This document shows, in pieces, positions 20,293 to 30,477 of a stretch of DNA of 41,960 nt. Within the stretch, counting starts at the first letter, position 1, and each line of letters starts with the position of its first letter. The stretch is from Promethearchaeota archaeon (GTDB lineage: Archaea > Asgardarchaeota > Lokiarchaeia > Sigyniarchaeales > SOKP01): assembly GCA_019058245.1 (NCBI GenBank), contig JAHPZJ010000003.1:1-41960 (forward strand), in the 5' to 3' direction. The notes beneath the pieces are model-generated. The model was not told the origin of the DNA. It saw nothing but the letters and a program-made list of their open reading frames with translations, and ran no database searches. The translations under genes and the position numbers were made by a program.

Positions 20293-20784
20293 CTAAGAAA
20301 ATTTCATCTCATCATTTTTCAATTTACATTTTGATATTATAATCTTATTTTTTTTTTTTCGAATAATAATTATCAAATAACCCGCAGGAATGGCTATGAT
20401 AAATCCCCATAACGGAGAGTTGAATATCAATAAAATACTCCCGAATGGATAGAGAAAACGACAAACAAATTTTATTGCTCGATTTCTAAGTGGTTTTTTA
20501 TGTATAATCTGAATTGCATATTGGAAAATTGAGGGAATCCAGCAGATTAAAAACATTATTAGAAATATAGGTAAACTAATGAAATTTACAATGAAATAAT
20601 AGAAAATATTTGCTATTATTAATGCAAAAGCAGCACCTAAAGCAAAAGCAAAACACCCAATACAAATAGCATAATTGAATATATAAAAAACATGTTCATT
20701 GAAATCATCACGTTTAGGATTATGATGAGCTAACCAATGGATTATTTTTATATTCTTTTGAGATACTTCTTTTTGATGATGCAT
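20293..20784 (-). CDS. membrane protein, DUF2085-like (HH..CxxC)
   Basis: HHNP..ICIGC followed by 4 TM segments. Confidence 0.6.
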   Translation of the reverse strand: MHHQKEVSQKNIKIIHWLAHHNPKRDDFNEHVFYIFNYAICIGCFAFALGAAFALIIANIFYYFIVNFISLPIFLIMFLICWIPSIFQYAIQIIHKKPLRNRAIKFVCRFLYPFGSILLIFNSPLWGFIIAIPAGYLIIIIRKKKNKIIISKCKLKNDEMKFS

Positions 20785-20883
20785 TCTTTTTTATTTAGAT
20801 TATGTAATCCAAAATTTTATGATTATCAAATATTATATTAAGATTTTTTATATTGAAATATAGAGCATATGAGAAAAGAGATT

Positions 20884-21327
20884 CTAACAATCACAACCAC
20901 TACAATCGCAATCACAGCCACTACAATCACACCCACTACAGTCTCCACCACCAACATATCCCACTCCTCCTCGTCGTCTCCTACGACCACATCCACCACA
21001 TGCACTACAACCTATGCAAAGAATCATAATTGATCCTATTACAAGCATAGTTATTGCCGGACTAGGCATGATTACCAATGAAGTTGCTCCAAAATAAATT
21101 AATATAATTCCAATGATAAAAACAACACCAATGGCAGCAATTATACCCGCAGTTGCACTTGATGATTTTGGTTTAGATTCCGAAGGTATAGGAGTCGGGG
21201 TTGGTATTTGTTGTGTCGGTTGAGTTCGGGGGATTTGACGTCTAGTTGAGGAATCGGTAGTTGCGCCACAAAAAGTACAAAATTTTGCATCATCGGGAAT
21301 TTTTGAACCACATTGAGTACAATACAT
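20884..21327 (-). CDS. zinc-ribbon membrane protein with Cys-rich (CSGCD)n tail
   Basis: CTQCG..AKFCTFCG, Pro/Thr linker, two TM helices, tail DCSGCDCSGCDCDCSGCDC. Confidence 0.8.
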   Translation of the reverse strand: MYCTQCGSKIPDDAKFCTFCGATTDSSTRRQIPRTQPTQQIPTPTPIPSESKPKSSSATAGIIAAIGVVFIIGIILIYFGATSLVIMPSPAITMLVIGSIMILCIGCSACGGCGRRRRRGGVGYVGGGDCSGCDCSGCDCDCSGCDC

Positions 21328-21512
21328 TTAAATCAACATTTATTTTATTGAAATCTAATTAATTTTTTTCTATAAAATTAATGAAGCAACTTTATAATTT
21401 AAATATAGAAGTACAGGTTAGAACGTTAATTTTCTTATAACTATTATATATTTTTTTGACTATTTTTTAAACATTAATTTTTTTTTTTTTCGAATATTTA
21501 TGAATCTCGTTA

Positions 21513-22526
21513 ATGAATGAAGTTTATCCTGGAATTTTTTTAATAAAGGAAAAAGGAACTTTTGGTGTAATAAAGCCTTCAGAAAATATATATGTCTTAG
21601 CTGGTTCTGATGGCATATTATATGATGCAGGATATGGTAAAAAAAGAGCTGTAATTCACTTAATTAAGGAAATTAAAACAATAAAGGAAAAATATAAACA
21701 ACAAGGTAAAAGTTTCCATCTCAGTAGAATTATTGTATCTCATTGTCATCCCGATCATTTTAGCGGTCTAAAAAGAATAAGAGAAGCTTTAGGAGTAAAG
21801 ATAATTCTCACAAATAAAAGTGCTGAAATCATAAAAAATAAGCAGAATTTCAAAAAAAGTTATGAAGCTGACGAATTTAATGATTATCTAAGAGTTAGGA
21901 AAGGAATTACAAGGAAAATTGTAAATAAACTGAGAAATGTTTTTACTAACTTTTTTTATCAAAGACTTTATGGATTGTCTTATATAGATGATCCAGAAGA
22001 AATTATGGGAGACAATACAAAAATTTCGATTAATGATGAAATATGGGAGATTTTTTCTTCTCCAGGACATGCTGTTGACCATATATCTCTATATAATGAG
22101 GAAAAAGGGATCTTATTTTCTGGAGATAATATTTTAAAATCTATAACTAATTGGCTTGGCCCTCCAGATTGTGATGTAGCTGAATATATAAATAGTATCG
22201 AGAAAATTCGAAATTTACCCAATCTTCAATTAATTTTAGCCGCTCATGGAAGCCCTATAGAAAATCCTAAGGATAGAATAAGAGAGATACTAACACATAG
22301 AAAACAACGGGAAAATCAAGTATTAAAAATAATTCAAGATAATTCTAATAATGGTATTTCTCCAAAAGATATAATCAAAACAATTTATTCTAATAGTACT
22401 AGATTCCGACGTCAAATTGCTCGTGGGTGGGTTGTGTTAACTTTAAAAATGTTACAAGAAAAAAATTTAATACAAAGACAAGACACAAAAAAAAAGATAC
22501 TATTTTTCCCTGTAGAACAGGATTAG
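21513..22526 (+). CDS. metallo-beta-lactamase fold hydrolase with C-terminal winged helix
   Basis: SHCHPDH, PGHAVDH, FSGD, AHG motifs. Confidence 0.92.
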   Translation: MNEVYPGIFLIKEKGTFGVIKPSENIYVLAGSDGILYDAGYGKKRAVIHLIKEIKTIKEKYKQQGKSFHLSRIIVSHCHPDHFSGLKRIREALGVKIILTNKSAEIIKNKQNFKKSYEADEFNDYLRVRKGITRKIVNKLRNVFTNFFYQRLYGLSYIDDPEEIMGDNTKISINDEIWEIFSSPGHAVDHISLYNEEKGILFSGDNILKSITNWLGPPDCDVAEYINSIEKIRNLPNLQLILAAHGSPIENPKDRIREILTHRKQRENQVLKIIQDNSNNGISPKDIIKTIYSNSTRFRRQIARGWVVLTLKMLQEKNLIQRQDTKKKILFFPVEQD

Positions 22527-22860
22527 AATCTTCGCAAACGTTATTTAATACAAGTTTTAATATTTATTTCTTAATTAATAATTAGATTCTATTAGTAAAA
22601 GTTCAATATAATTTTATAAAAATCTTACAACGATGTCATTTTTAAAAGCAATTATCCTTCAGTAATTCTTAAGATGCAAAAATATTTTGGTCAATATTTA
22701 AATGGACCCATCTTAAAAAAAAATCAAATTCTTTTTAGATATTATCAAAAAAATACTGTTTGTAATTGCTAAAATAAAAAATCATTAATTATGATACCAA
22801 CTGGTTTTGAAAAGACTATAATTGGTATTTTTTTAATATCTAGTTGTTTATATAAATAAA
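22521..22860 (+). repeat. diverged copy 1 of a ~340-bp direct repeat (hef upstream region + 5' end)
   Basis: Colinear with 23479-23818 at offset 958, e.g. cagtaattcttaagatgcaaaaa vs cagtaattcttaatatgcaaaaa. Confidence 0.88.
22674..22859 (+). pseudogene. decayed 5' fragment of the Hef helicase gene
   Basis: Translates MQKYFGQYLNGPILKKNQILFRYYQKNTVCNC*NKKSLIMIPTGFEKTIIGIFLISSCLYK*, matching Hef residues 1-61 with an internal stop and a broken Walker A (GFEKT vs GLGKT). Confidence 0.85.
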
Positions 22861-22878
22861 ATTTATAAAGAGTTCGAT

Positions 22879-23475
22879 ATGTACAAGATTATAATGAAAG
22901 TAGATAAATTATATGATTATTGGGCCAAAGCTGGATTTATCACTGCACTATTTCTTCTAATTATACTTTTTTTTAACTCAAGAGTACCAATTGGTAGTTT
23001 CGAATGGTTATACTGGTTTAGCATACCAGTCTATATGTTCCATCAATTTGAAGAATATGTATACCCAGGAGGGTTTAAAGAGGAATTAAATCAAATTCAA
23101 AGCAAAAACTTACCAAACCAAGAAGTTTTAACCAACAAACTAGTTTTATTAGTGAATATAGGGTTTGTTTGGATTCTTAATCTTATATTAATTATTCTGG
23201 GAGCGATTTCAGTTATTTTTCCAATAATTTTAATGACAATTGTTTGTTTTAATGGATTTGTTCATGTGGGTGCAAGTATAAAGTTTCACAAATACAATCC
23301 AGGATTAATAATAAGTATTATAGGAAATATCCCCCTAGGTCTGTATGTATTATTTGGTTTGGGGATAACTGGTTATGCTTCAATAGTTGAATTAACTATT
23401 GGGATATTAATTGGCATTTTACTCCATGCACTATTGTTCATTATATTATTTCTTAGAGCTAAAAGAGGATCTTAA
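22879..23475 (+). CDS. HXXEE domain membrane protein
   Basis: HQFEEY.YPGGF, YNPGL, multiple TM helices. Confidence 0.88.
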   Translation: MYKIIMKVDKLYDYWAKAGFITALFLLIILFFNSRVPIGSFEWLYWFSIPVYMFHQFEEYVYPGGFKEELNQIQSKNLPNQEVLTNKLVLLVNIGFVWILNLILIILGAISVIFPIILMTIVCFNGFVHVGASIKFHKYNPGLIISIIGNIPLGLYVLFGLGITGYASIVELTIGILIGILLHALLFIILFLRAKRGS

Positions 23476-23478
23476 AAG

Positions 23479-23818
23479 GTTTAGAATTTTCGGTAACTTA
23501 ATTAAATACATATTTAAATGCTTATTTCTCAATTAATAACTAGATTCTATTAATCTGAGGTTAATTTAATATTATAAAAATCTTACAGCGATATTATTTT
23601 TAAATGTAATTAATCAGCAGTAATTCTTAATATGCAAAAAGAGATTAATCAATATTTTAACGGGCCTTTCTTAAAAAAAAACAAAGTAATTCAGAGAAAT
23701 TATCAAAAAAATATTATTAATAGCTGCAAAAATAAGAATTCCTTAGTCGTTTTACCAACAGGTTTAGGAAAGACAATAATTGGCATCTTATTAGCATCTA
23801 AATGTATATATAAATATC
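23479..23818 (+). repeat. copy 2 of the direct repeat (functional hef upstream region + 5' end)
   Basis: See copy 1. Confidence 0.88.
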
Positions 23819-25785
23819 CAAAAGCAAAAATTATTATGCTTGCTCCTACACGCCCCTTAGTTTCGCAACATCAAGATTCATGTGAGAAATTTCTTGATCT
23901 TACTTCAGAAGAAATCACTTCATTTACAGGGAAAATTCCTCCAGAAAAAAGAATTCTATCATTTAAGAACTCGAAAATTCTAATATCTACACCCCAAGTA
24001 ATTAAAAATGATCTATTGAGAGGAAGATACGATTTAAAACATGTCTCATTAATTATTTTCGATGAAGCTCATAAAACTAAAGGAAATTATGCGTATAATT
24101 TTATTTCAGAAGAGTATATTAGAACATGTGTAGATCCTTTAATATTAGGTTTGACAGCATCCCCTGGAAAAAATTATGATCGAATTCAACAAATATGTGA
24201 TAACCTATATATTGAAAATATTGTCTTTAAAAATTATCAAGATAAGGATGTAAAAGATTATATTTATGATATTGATACTTATATTAATTTAGTAGATTTA
24301 CCAATTAAACTAAGAGAAATTAGTGCTGTTTGGTACAATTTATTCGATAAATTTTTAAGATTTTTTATTAAAAATAAATTATTACCGCCGAATAAATCCT
24401 ATTACTCAAAATTAGATTTTTTAGGTATCAGTCGTGATTTAACCTTATCATTGCATTTTAAAAAAGAAAATACACTTGAATTATCAGAAGAAGAATTTTT
24501 AGAGACTCTCTACTTTAAATCACCTAAAATTATTGACATTGTTCAAGAAAATCAACTTGACATTCCTTCTGTATATTCTTATTGTTCGAGTTGTATATCT
24601 ATCCTCCATGCTAAAGATTTATTAGAAACTCAGGACATTACTCTTTTTAAATCTTTTTTAAATAAAATTAAATATAATGCAAGTAAAGAAATTTTATCAG
24701 CCAAAAGAATCATTAATTCAGAGAATTTTAATTATATAAATTCTATAATTGAAAGTGAAGAACAAATAAATCTATCTCATCCTAAGTTAAAAAAGATAAT
24801 ATCAATCATAAAAGAGGAAATTGCGGAATTTAATAACAAAAAAGTACTGATTTTTACACAATACCGTGAAATGGCAGAATTTCTCAAGAATTTATTAAAA
24901 AATGAATTTAAAGATCAATTTAAAATTGAAAAATTTATTGGTCAAACATCAAAAACAGATGATAACGGATTTCCTCAACATTTACAGATAGAAATAATGA
25001 ATAAATTTAGAGAAGGAGTAATAGACATTCTTATTGCCACTAGTGTTGCTGAAGAAGGATTAGATATCCCAAATGTGGATGCTATAATATGCTATGAACC
25101 TGTTCCGTCCGAAATCAGATTAATTCAAAGAAGAGGGAGAACTGGTAGGTATTCTCCTGGTAGATGTTATATACTTGTTACAGAAGAAACTATTGATATT
25201 CCTTTTTTTATTATTGCTAGACGTAAAGAAAGTTCTATGAATTCAGTTCTATCTGATTCTGGACAAGTAATTTTAAATGATAATTTAAAACGAAAAAAAA
25301 TTATATTCCCTCAACAAAAAGATATATCTTTGGAGTCTAAAATTATTGAAAACTATAGAGAAAGAAGAGAAAAAGAAAAACAATGTTTAGCAAATCGATC
25401 TATAGAAGATATCCTTACCCAATTAGATAATTTTTGTAATAGTGAAGAATATAGAAATCTTAAGAATTATGGAGTCACTTTTTATTCAGATTTAATAAAA
25501 TTTGATGAATCCTTCTTACATGCAAAAATAACCAAATTGAAAAATAGAAAAATCAAAGGTTCTAATAACCAAAAAATATATTTGAATAAACATGTAAAAT
25601 CACTAATTAATTTGGTTAAGATATATAGCCGGAATGGTTCATTAAATTACAAAAAATTTAAAGAACTTGCTCGTGATGAAGATATTATTGATAAAAAATT
25701 TTATCTTCATTTCAATCAAGCCTGTTTTTTAGGATATCTTAAAAAATTAGATAATCAAGTCCACTTTGTTATGGATTTTGATTAA
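23632..25785 (+). CDS. hef: Hef/FANCM/Mph1-like DEAH-box helicase, no recognisable ERCC4 nuclease domain
   Basis: LPTGLGKT, DEAH, GLTASPG, HPKL, ATSVAEEGLDIP, QRRGRTGR. Confidence 0.92.
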   Translation: MQKEINQYFNGPFLKKNKVIQRNYQKNIINSCKNKNSLVVLPTGLGKTIIGILLASKCIYKYPKAKIIMLAPTRPLVSQHQDSCEKFLDLTSEEITSFTGKIPPEKRILSFKNSKILISTPQVIKNDLLRGRYDLKHVSLIIFDEAHKTKGNYAYNFISEEYIRTCVDPLILGLTASPGKNYDRIQQICDNLYIENIVFKNYQDKDVKDYIYDIDTYINLVDLPIKLREISAVWYNLFDKFLRFFIKNKLLPPNKSYYSKLDFLGISRDLTLSLHFKKENTLELSEEEFLETLYFKSPKIIDIVQENQLDIPSVYSYCSSCISILHAKDLLETQDITLFKSFLNKIKYNASKEILSAKRIINSENFNYINSIIESEEQINLSHPKLKKIISIIKEEIAEFNNKKVLIFTQYREMAEFLKNLLKNEFKDQFKIEKFIGQTSKTDDNGFPQHLQIEIMNKFREGVIDILIATSVAEEGLDIPNVDAIICYEPVPSEIRLIQRRGRTGRYSPGRCYILVTEETIDIPFFIIARRKESSMNSVLSDSGQVILNDNLKRKKIIFPQQKDISLESKIIENYRERREKEKQCLANRSIEDILTQLDNFCNSEEYRNLKNYGVTFYSDLIKFDESFLHAKITKLKNRKIKGSNNQKIYLNKHVKSLINLVKIYSRNGSLNYKKFKELARDEDIIDKKFYLHFNQACFLGYLKKLDNQVHFVMDFD

Positions 25786-25842
25786 TTTTACTTTTATTAT
25801 GTGGAAAGAATTTAAAATCCTTATGTTACGAAATAATAATTA

Positions 25843-28800
25843 TCAATTAATTGTTTCTTCTTTATTTTTTTTCAGAACATAAAATACCATAACTAAAACT
25901 GTTAGGACTATAGGTAATGCAATTATAACAGGATTATTTCCACTAAAAAGGTAAAAATAATATGAGATAGTTATAATAGAAGCAAATAAAGCGATTACAC
26001 TACCATACTGACTAGCTAAATTTTTCAGATGGCGCAACATCATATTTACTTTATAATTTGTACTTTTAATAACTTCTAATTCAGTTTCATCTAATTCATC
26101 TAAAACTTCTGGATTCTCGAAATATATAGAAATTCTTGGATCAAACTTACCTTGTAATTCCCCTGAACTAATTAAAAATAATAAATGGTCCTGAATATTT
26201 TGCTTTTTTATTTTCAATTCGTTGTTTAGGAATCCAACTGTTAAATATTCATTCGCCACAGCCTTTATTGTCATTCTAATATATGATTTCAATATCAAAC
26301 GTTCTAAAGCTTTTACTTTCTCATTTAAAATCTCAGAATATTCCTCAATAAATTTGTTAAAATCATCTAAAATAAATTTTGAAATTTGTGTGAAATTTTT
26401 TGACTTTCTAGAAAAATCTTTAAATGTATTATCAATATAGCGTTTAACTTCTTTAATTTCTAATTCAATATTTTTGGCTCGTTTTTGTATTAGATAATTG
26501 CTTTTCTTGAATTCTTTAATTTCGATGTTATCTTCTACTTTTCTTTCTAAATTACCAAGTAATTGACTCAAATGTATTTTGTAATCATTAATTAATTTAA
26601 GCAATTGTTCGCGAAATGATTCATTCTTCAATGAATTTATCTGATCGTTAATTTTTTGTACTTTATTTTCAAAATCTTTTATATACGTATTTTTTACAAA
26701 CACATATAATTCTCTTATTTCAGGGATTAACTTATTTGGATCCCCTGTTGCATTCAAAACTATTTTTATTTGTTCCTCTATTTTATCTTGAACTTTTTTA
26801 AAATTTTCTTTTATGCTTAGCTTTTCAGTTTCAAAAGCATCTTGGATTTTTCCATAGTTATCATAACCTTCCATTCTTTTGAAATTTTTATTGCTAAATT
26901 CTCTTAATTCCATATTGAACATATTGAACTGTTTTTCAATGTATACTTGCATTTTATTAAATATCTTTATACTACTTTTTATATTATTAATAGCCATTCT
27001 ATCATTTTCTAAAGTAGATTCAAAATGATTTTTAGTTTTAAGGAATTCTTCTCTTTCTTGAATAATATTAAGATCATTAGCTTTTTTATAGAATTTATTT
27101 GGGAGGGAATCATCGAAGATACTTAATTCCTTAATTCTATTTTGAAGCTCCAGCATATTTACATTTAAGGTTCTATTCCTTATACTTGAATCATATAAAG
27201 CTAAAATCTTTCCAATTCTCTCTCTGTTTAATTTTAATAAATGATTATCCACAAAACTCTTAAGATCTTTATTTAAATAATAATAATCTGTGTAGAGCAA
27301 AATGATTTTATCCTCTTCATTAAGCTCTGCATTTATTTTTGAAATATCTATCATATCCTTTAATCGATTAATAAGAATTTTGCATGATAATTTTACTTCC
27401 TTCTTTAAATCATCAAGTTTAATGTAATTTGTTTTCTTTTCAATTGCTATGATATTTACTCTATTTGAAATAATCTTATTAATATATTCATCTTTTAAAA
27501 CAGAAATGTCATTATTATAAGAATCTATGAAATTTTCCCATTGAATTATACTTAATTCTGATTGTTCCTTAAAATTCTCAATATTCCTTACACACTCATT
27601 TAATTTTTTCAAATACAATTTATTTGATTTTGTAAGTTGACTATGAATATTATCTAATTCTTTATTAACTTGGTCAATCTTTAAGTTTTTAGATTGATCG
27701 AAATTAGTTTTGATTATTTTTAAGTGGGATTTTAAATTAGCAATTTCTTGTGAAACAAAATTATCAAAATCTTCAATTTTAGATTTATTTCTCTCTTCAA
27801 TTATAAAATTTTTTAATGTTTTAACCTGATTAGCAATTAACTCAATTACTTCAGCTTCTAATTCTTCTAATTTCTCCTGTAAATGGCGACAAAGTAAATA
27901 GATTTTTTGTTTCTTTCTTACTTCTCGTTTTACAATAGACTGAATCTCTTTGATTTCAGCTAATTTCTCCTTCATTAAGAGATCATATTCAGTCTTGGTA
28001 AAATTGAAAGCATCTTGAAATTCATTTGCTTTTATTTTCCTTTTTGCTTTATCTCCAATTTCTATAATATCTGCTTTTATCTTTTTATTAATGCCCTCAA
28101 TTTTTTGAAGATTATTATTGAAAAATTGAAATCCATCGGTATAGAAATCAAATTCTGTATTAAATTGTTCCTTAATATTTATCCATTTTTCTATTATTTT
28201 TTTATGTTTTTTAATAATTTTCTTTTCTTTAATTGTAATCTGTTGAGAAACGCCATATATTATTTGATCATACTTTCTTACATTTTGAGAGAGCTGGTCC
28301 AAACTTTGAATAATACAATTTAATTCTTCCTTATCATAGTCCTTTTCGAGAACCTCGGTAAATTGCTTCTTAAATAAATCTACTTTTTTTATTAAATCTT
28401 CCTCTATAATATCTATTTTTTCATTTAAAGTCTCCAATAAACTAGCTAAGTTTCTTAATTCTTCTTTTTCTTGAATTTTACCTTTAAGATATGACTCTAC
28501 TTCTACTAATTTTTTCTGTAAAATAGAATATTCTTTTTTCCATTGAGATATTTCTGAACCTAAACTCGCTTGAATGTTGATATATTTAAGAATTTCATTA
28601 AAAGAACCTTCAATATTCTCATTTAAAAAATCTGCTTCCATTAAAGCATCACGTAGAATAAATTTTAAGCGTTCTTTTGCATAACTGATTTCATTGATTA
28701 AAAGATAACTTTCAATTTCTTCTCGAATTTGAGAACTGATATTTTTTAACTTCAATGTCATATTATAGATATCATTCTTAATATCATCTAATTTCTCTTT

Positions 28801-30255
28801 TTCTTCAAATAATCGTTCTGTATTTAGATCTACATCACATATAATAATCTTTTTCAAAAAATATTTTAAATAAAATAAATATTTAGTTCTGAATCCTAAA
28901 AATGATTTTTTAGTTCTTATAGTACCAATGAATAGTTTTTTCTTTACCATATCTTTTACAATAGGGAAAATATCTTCTTTCAATTTCAAAGGTTCCAAAT
29001 GTTCTGCCTTAAATTTTTTAAAGAGTTCAGAAAGAGATATTATACTATTGTTATTCAATTTGTTATAGAAGATTTTAAAGAATTCTTTCTTACCATAACT
29101 GAAATTACTAATAAAATTCTGGAATTCAATCTCATTATCTATAATTTGCAATTTAAAATTATAATTGAGGTTAATATATAACACAAGTTCATCTATATAT
29201 TCTACTAATCCAAAAGTCGACTTTAACTGATTAATATCGACATACTTTTCCTTTTCAAGTTGTCTGAATAGTACCCTTTCAATTTCTTCAATAAATTTCT
29301 TCCAAACGAGAGATAAAAGAATTATTAATTTTGATGTCTCATTTAATAGTTCAGGATTCCAATTTTCTGGAGTTTTTAATATTTCTTTTAATTTTTGAGT
29401 AATAAAGGAATAAATTCCTGCAGGGTTATAATCCAATAACCATGAATATAATTCAAGGATATAAACTAACCAGAAAGTAATATCAATGTTATCACCCTGA
29501 GTAAAACTGAAACTACCATTTTCTTTCTGAAGCTGTTGAAGCAATTGAAGCTCTTTATCCTTAACTTCCATATCCAAATCTAAATACTTGAAACAAAGTA
29601 ATCTAAAAATTAACGAAGAATCTTTTTTCTTTTCGTCAGCATAAGTACGGAATTGCTCTCTATTTACACGAACATCAACTCCTAGGATTGTAAATATTTC
29701 GATTATATAGTAGAGTAATTTTGAGTTTGAACTATTTTTGCAAATTTCACACTCTTTATTTTGACAGTGTAAAAATTTATTTCCCTTTTTATGAGCTAAT
29801 ACAAAATTTTTAATTTGCTCTTTAACTTGACTTCTTCCATCAGACATTAAATATTGATTTAGTAAACCTAAAGTTTTTAAACTTGATAAAGCAAAAAATG
29901 TAGAACAAATATCTGGATTATTTTCTGAATGTGGAGTGTATGTAAATCCTATTTGGTCATTTTTTTGAACTTCGCAACTTTTTATAAAAGCAAATATTTT
30001 ATCTCTATACTTCTTTTTTTCCTCTTTTAAATATTTCCTCAATAAAAGTAGCCAAAAAACATTTTCAAGATTCAGATGAGGTTCATTTATTAGTGATTGA
30101 TTAAAATGGTGATAGAATTGAATTATTTTATTATATTCACTGTAATAAAAAATTCGAATATCTCTTCTTTTAACATTTATAAAGGATGAAAAAGGCTCTT
30201 TTTTAAATTTTGTTATATACGGATATGCAAATTTGTCTTCGTAGGCATTGCTCAA
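25843..30255 (-). CDS. 1470-aa protein: prenyltransferase-like alpha/alpha repeats, several PCI/winged-helix-like domains, long coiled coils, C-terminal TM hairpin
   Basis: GFTYTP..PDICSTFFALSSL and LQKENGSFS..IDITFW repeats; YLTVGFLNNELKI..LLFLISSGELQGKFD and YIKLDDLKKEVKL..LKDMIDISKINAELN PCI-like segments; TTG start with GGAG Shine-Dalgarno. Confidence 0.75.
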   Translation of the reverse strand: MSNAYEDKFAYPYITKFKKEPFSSFINVKRRDIRIFYYSEYNKIIQFYHHFNQSLINEPHLNLENVFWLLLLRKYLKEEKKKYRDKIFAFIKSCEVQKNDQIGFTYTPHSENNPDICSTFFALSSLKTLGLLNQYLMSDGRSQVKEQIKNFVLAHKKGNKFLHCQNKECEICKNSSNSKLLYYIIEIFTILGVDVRVNREQFRTYADEKKKDSSLIFRLLCFKYLDLDMEVKDKELQLLQQLQKENGSFSFTQGDNIDITFWLVYILELYSWLLDYNPAGIYSFITQKLKEILKTPENWNPELLNETSKLIILLSLVWKKFIEEIERVLFRQLEKEKYVDINQLKSTFGLVEYIDELVLYINLNYNFKLQIIDNEIEFQNFISNFSYGKKEFFKIFYNKLNNNSIISLSELFKKFKAEHLEPLKLKEDIFPIVKDMVKKKLFIGTIRTKKSFLGFRTKYLFYLKYFLKKIIICDVDLNTERLFEEKEKLDDIKNDIYNMTLKLKNISSQIREEIESYLLINEISYAKERLKFILRDALMEADFLNENIEGSFNEILKYINIQASLGSEISQWKKEYSILQKKLVEVESYLKGKIQEKEELRNLASLLETLNEKIDIIEEDLIKKVDLFKKQFTEVLEKDYDKEELNCIIQSLDQLSQNVRKYDQIIYGVSQQITIKEKKIIKKHKKIIEKWINIKEQFNTEFDFYTDGFQFFNNNLQKIEGINKKIKADIIEIGDKAKRKIKANEFQDAFNFTKTEYDLLMKEKLAEIKEIQSIVKREVRKKQKIYLLCRHLQEKLEELEAEVIELIANQVKTLKNFIIEERNKSKIEDFDNFVSQEIANLKSHLKIIKTNFDQSKNLKIDQVNKELDNIHSQLTKSNKLYLKKLNECVRNIENFKEQSELSIIQWENFIDSYNNDISVLKDEYINKIISNRVNIIAIEKKTNYIKLDDLKKEVKLSCKILINRLKDMIDISKINAELNEEDKIILLYTDYYYLNKDLKSFVDNHLLKLNRERIGKILALYDSSIRNRTLNVNMLELQNRIKELSIFDDSLPNKFYKKANDLNIIQEREEFLKTKNHFESTLENDRMAINNIKSSIKIFNKMQVYIEKQFNMFNMELREFSNKNFKRMEGYDNYGKIQDAFETEKLSIKENFKKVQDKIEEQIKIVLNATGDPNKLIPEIRELYVFVKNTYIKDFENKVQKINDQINSLKNESFREQLLKLINDYKIHLSQLLGNLERKVEDNIEIKEFKKSNYLIQKRAKNIELEIKEVKRYIDNTFKDFSRKSKNFTQISKFILDDFNKFIEEYSEILNEKVKALERLILKSYIRMTIKAVANEYLTVGFLNNELKIKKQNIQDHLLFLISSGELQGKFDPRISIYFENPEVLDELDETELEVIKSTNYKVNMMLRHLKNLASQYGSVIALFASIITISYYFYLFSGNNPVIIALPIVLTVLVMVFYVLKKNKEETIN

Positions 30256-30477
30256 TACTATTTAAGCTCCAGAGATATAATTTGTTTTTTTGTTATTAAT
30301 GAAAATCTATACATATAATTTTTTGGAATCAAACATTTTGAGGATGTAATATTTCTCATATATATAAGCTCATAAGCTAAGCTAGTCTATAATCTATTAC
30401 GTTAAGGTGGTATTCTTAAGTTAAAATATTTATAATAGAATAAAGAATTATGATAAAGACCTATAGTTCCTTCCATT

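Noticed and set aside
30355-30386. Short TAAGCT repeats upstream of the 1470-aa gene
   Set aside because: Only three irregular copies in AT-rich DNA; no spacer structure, not CRISPR
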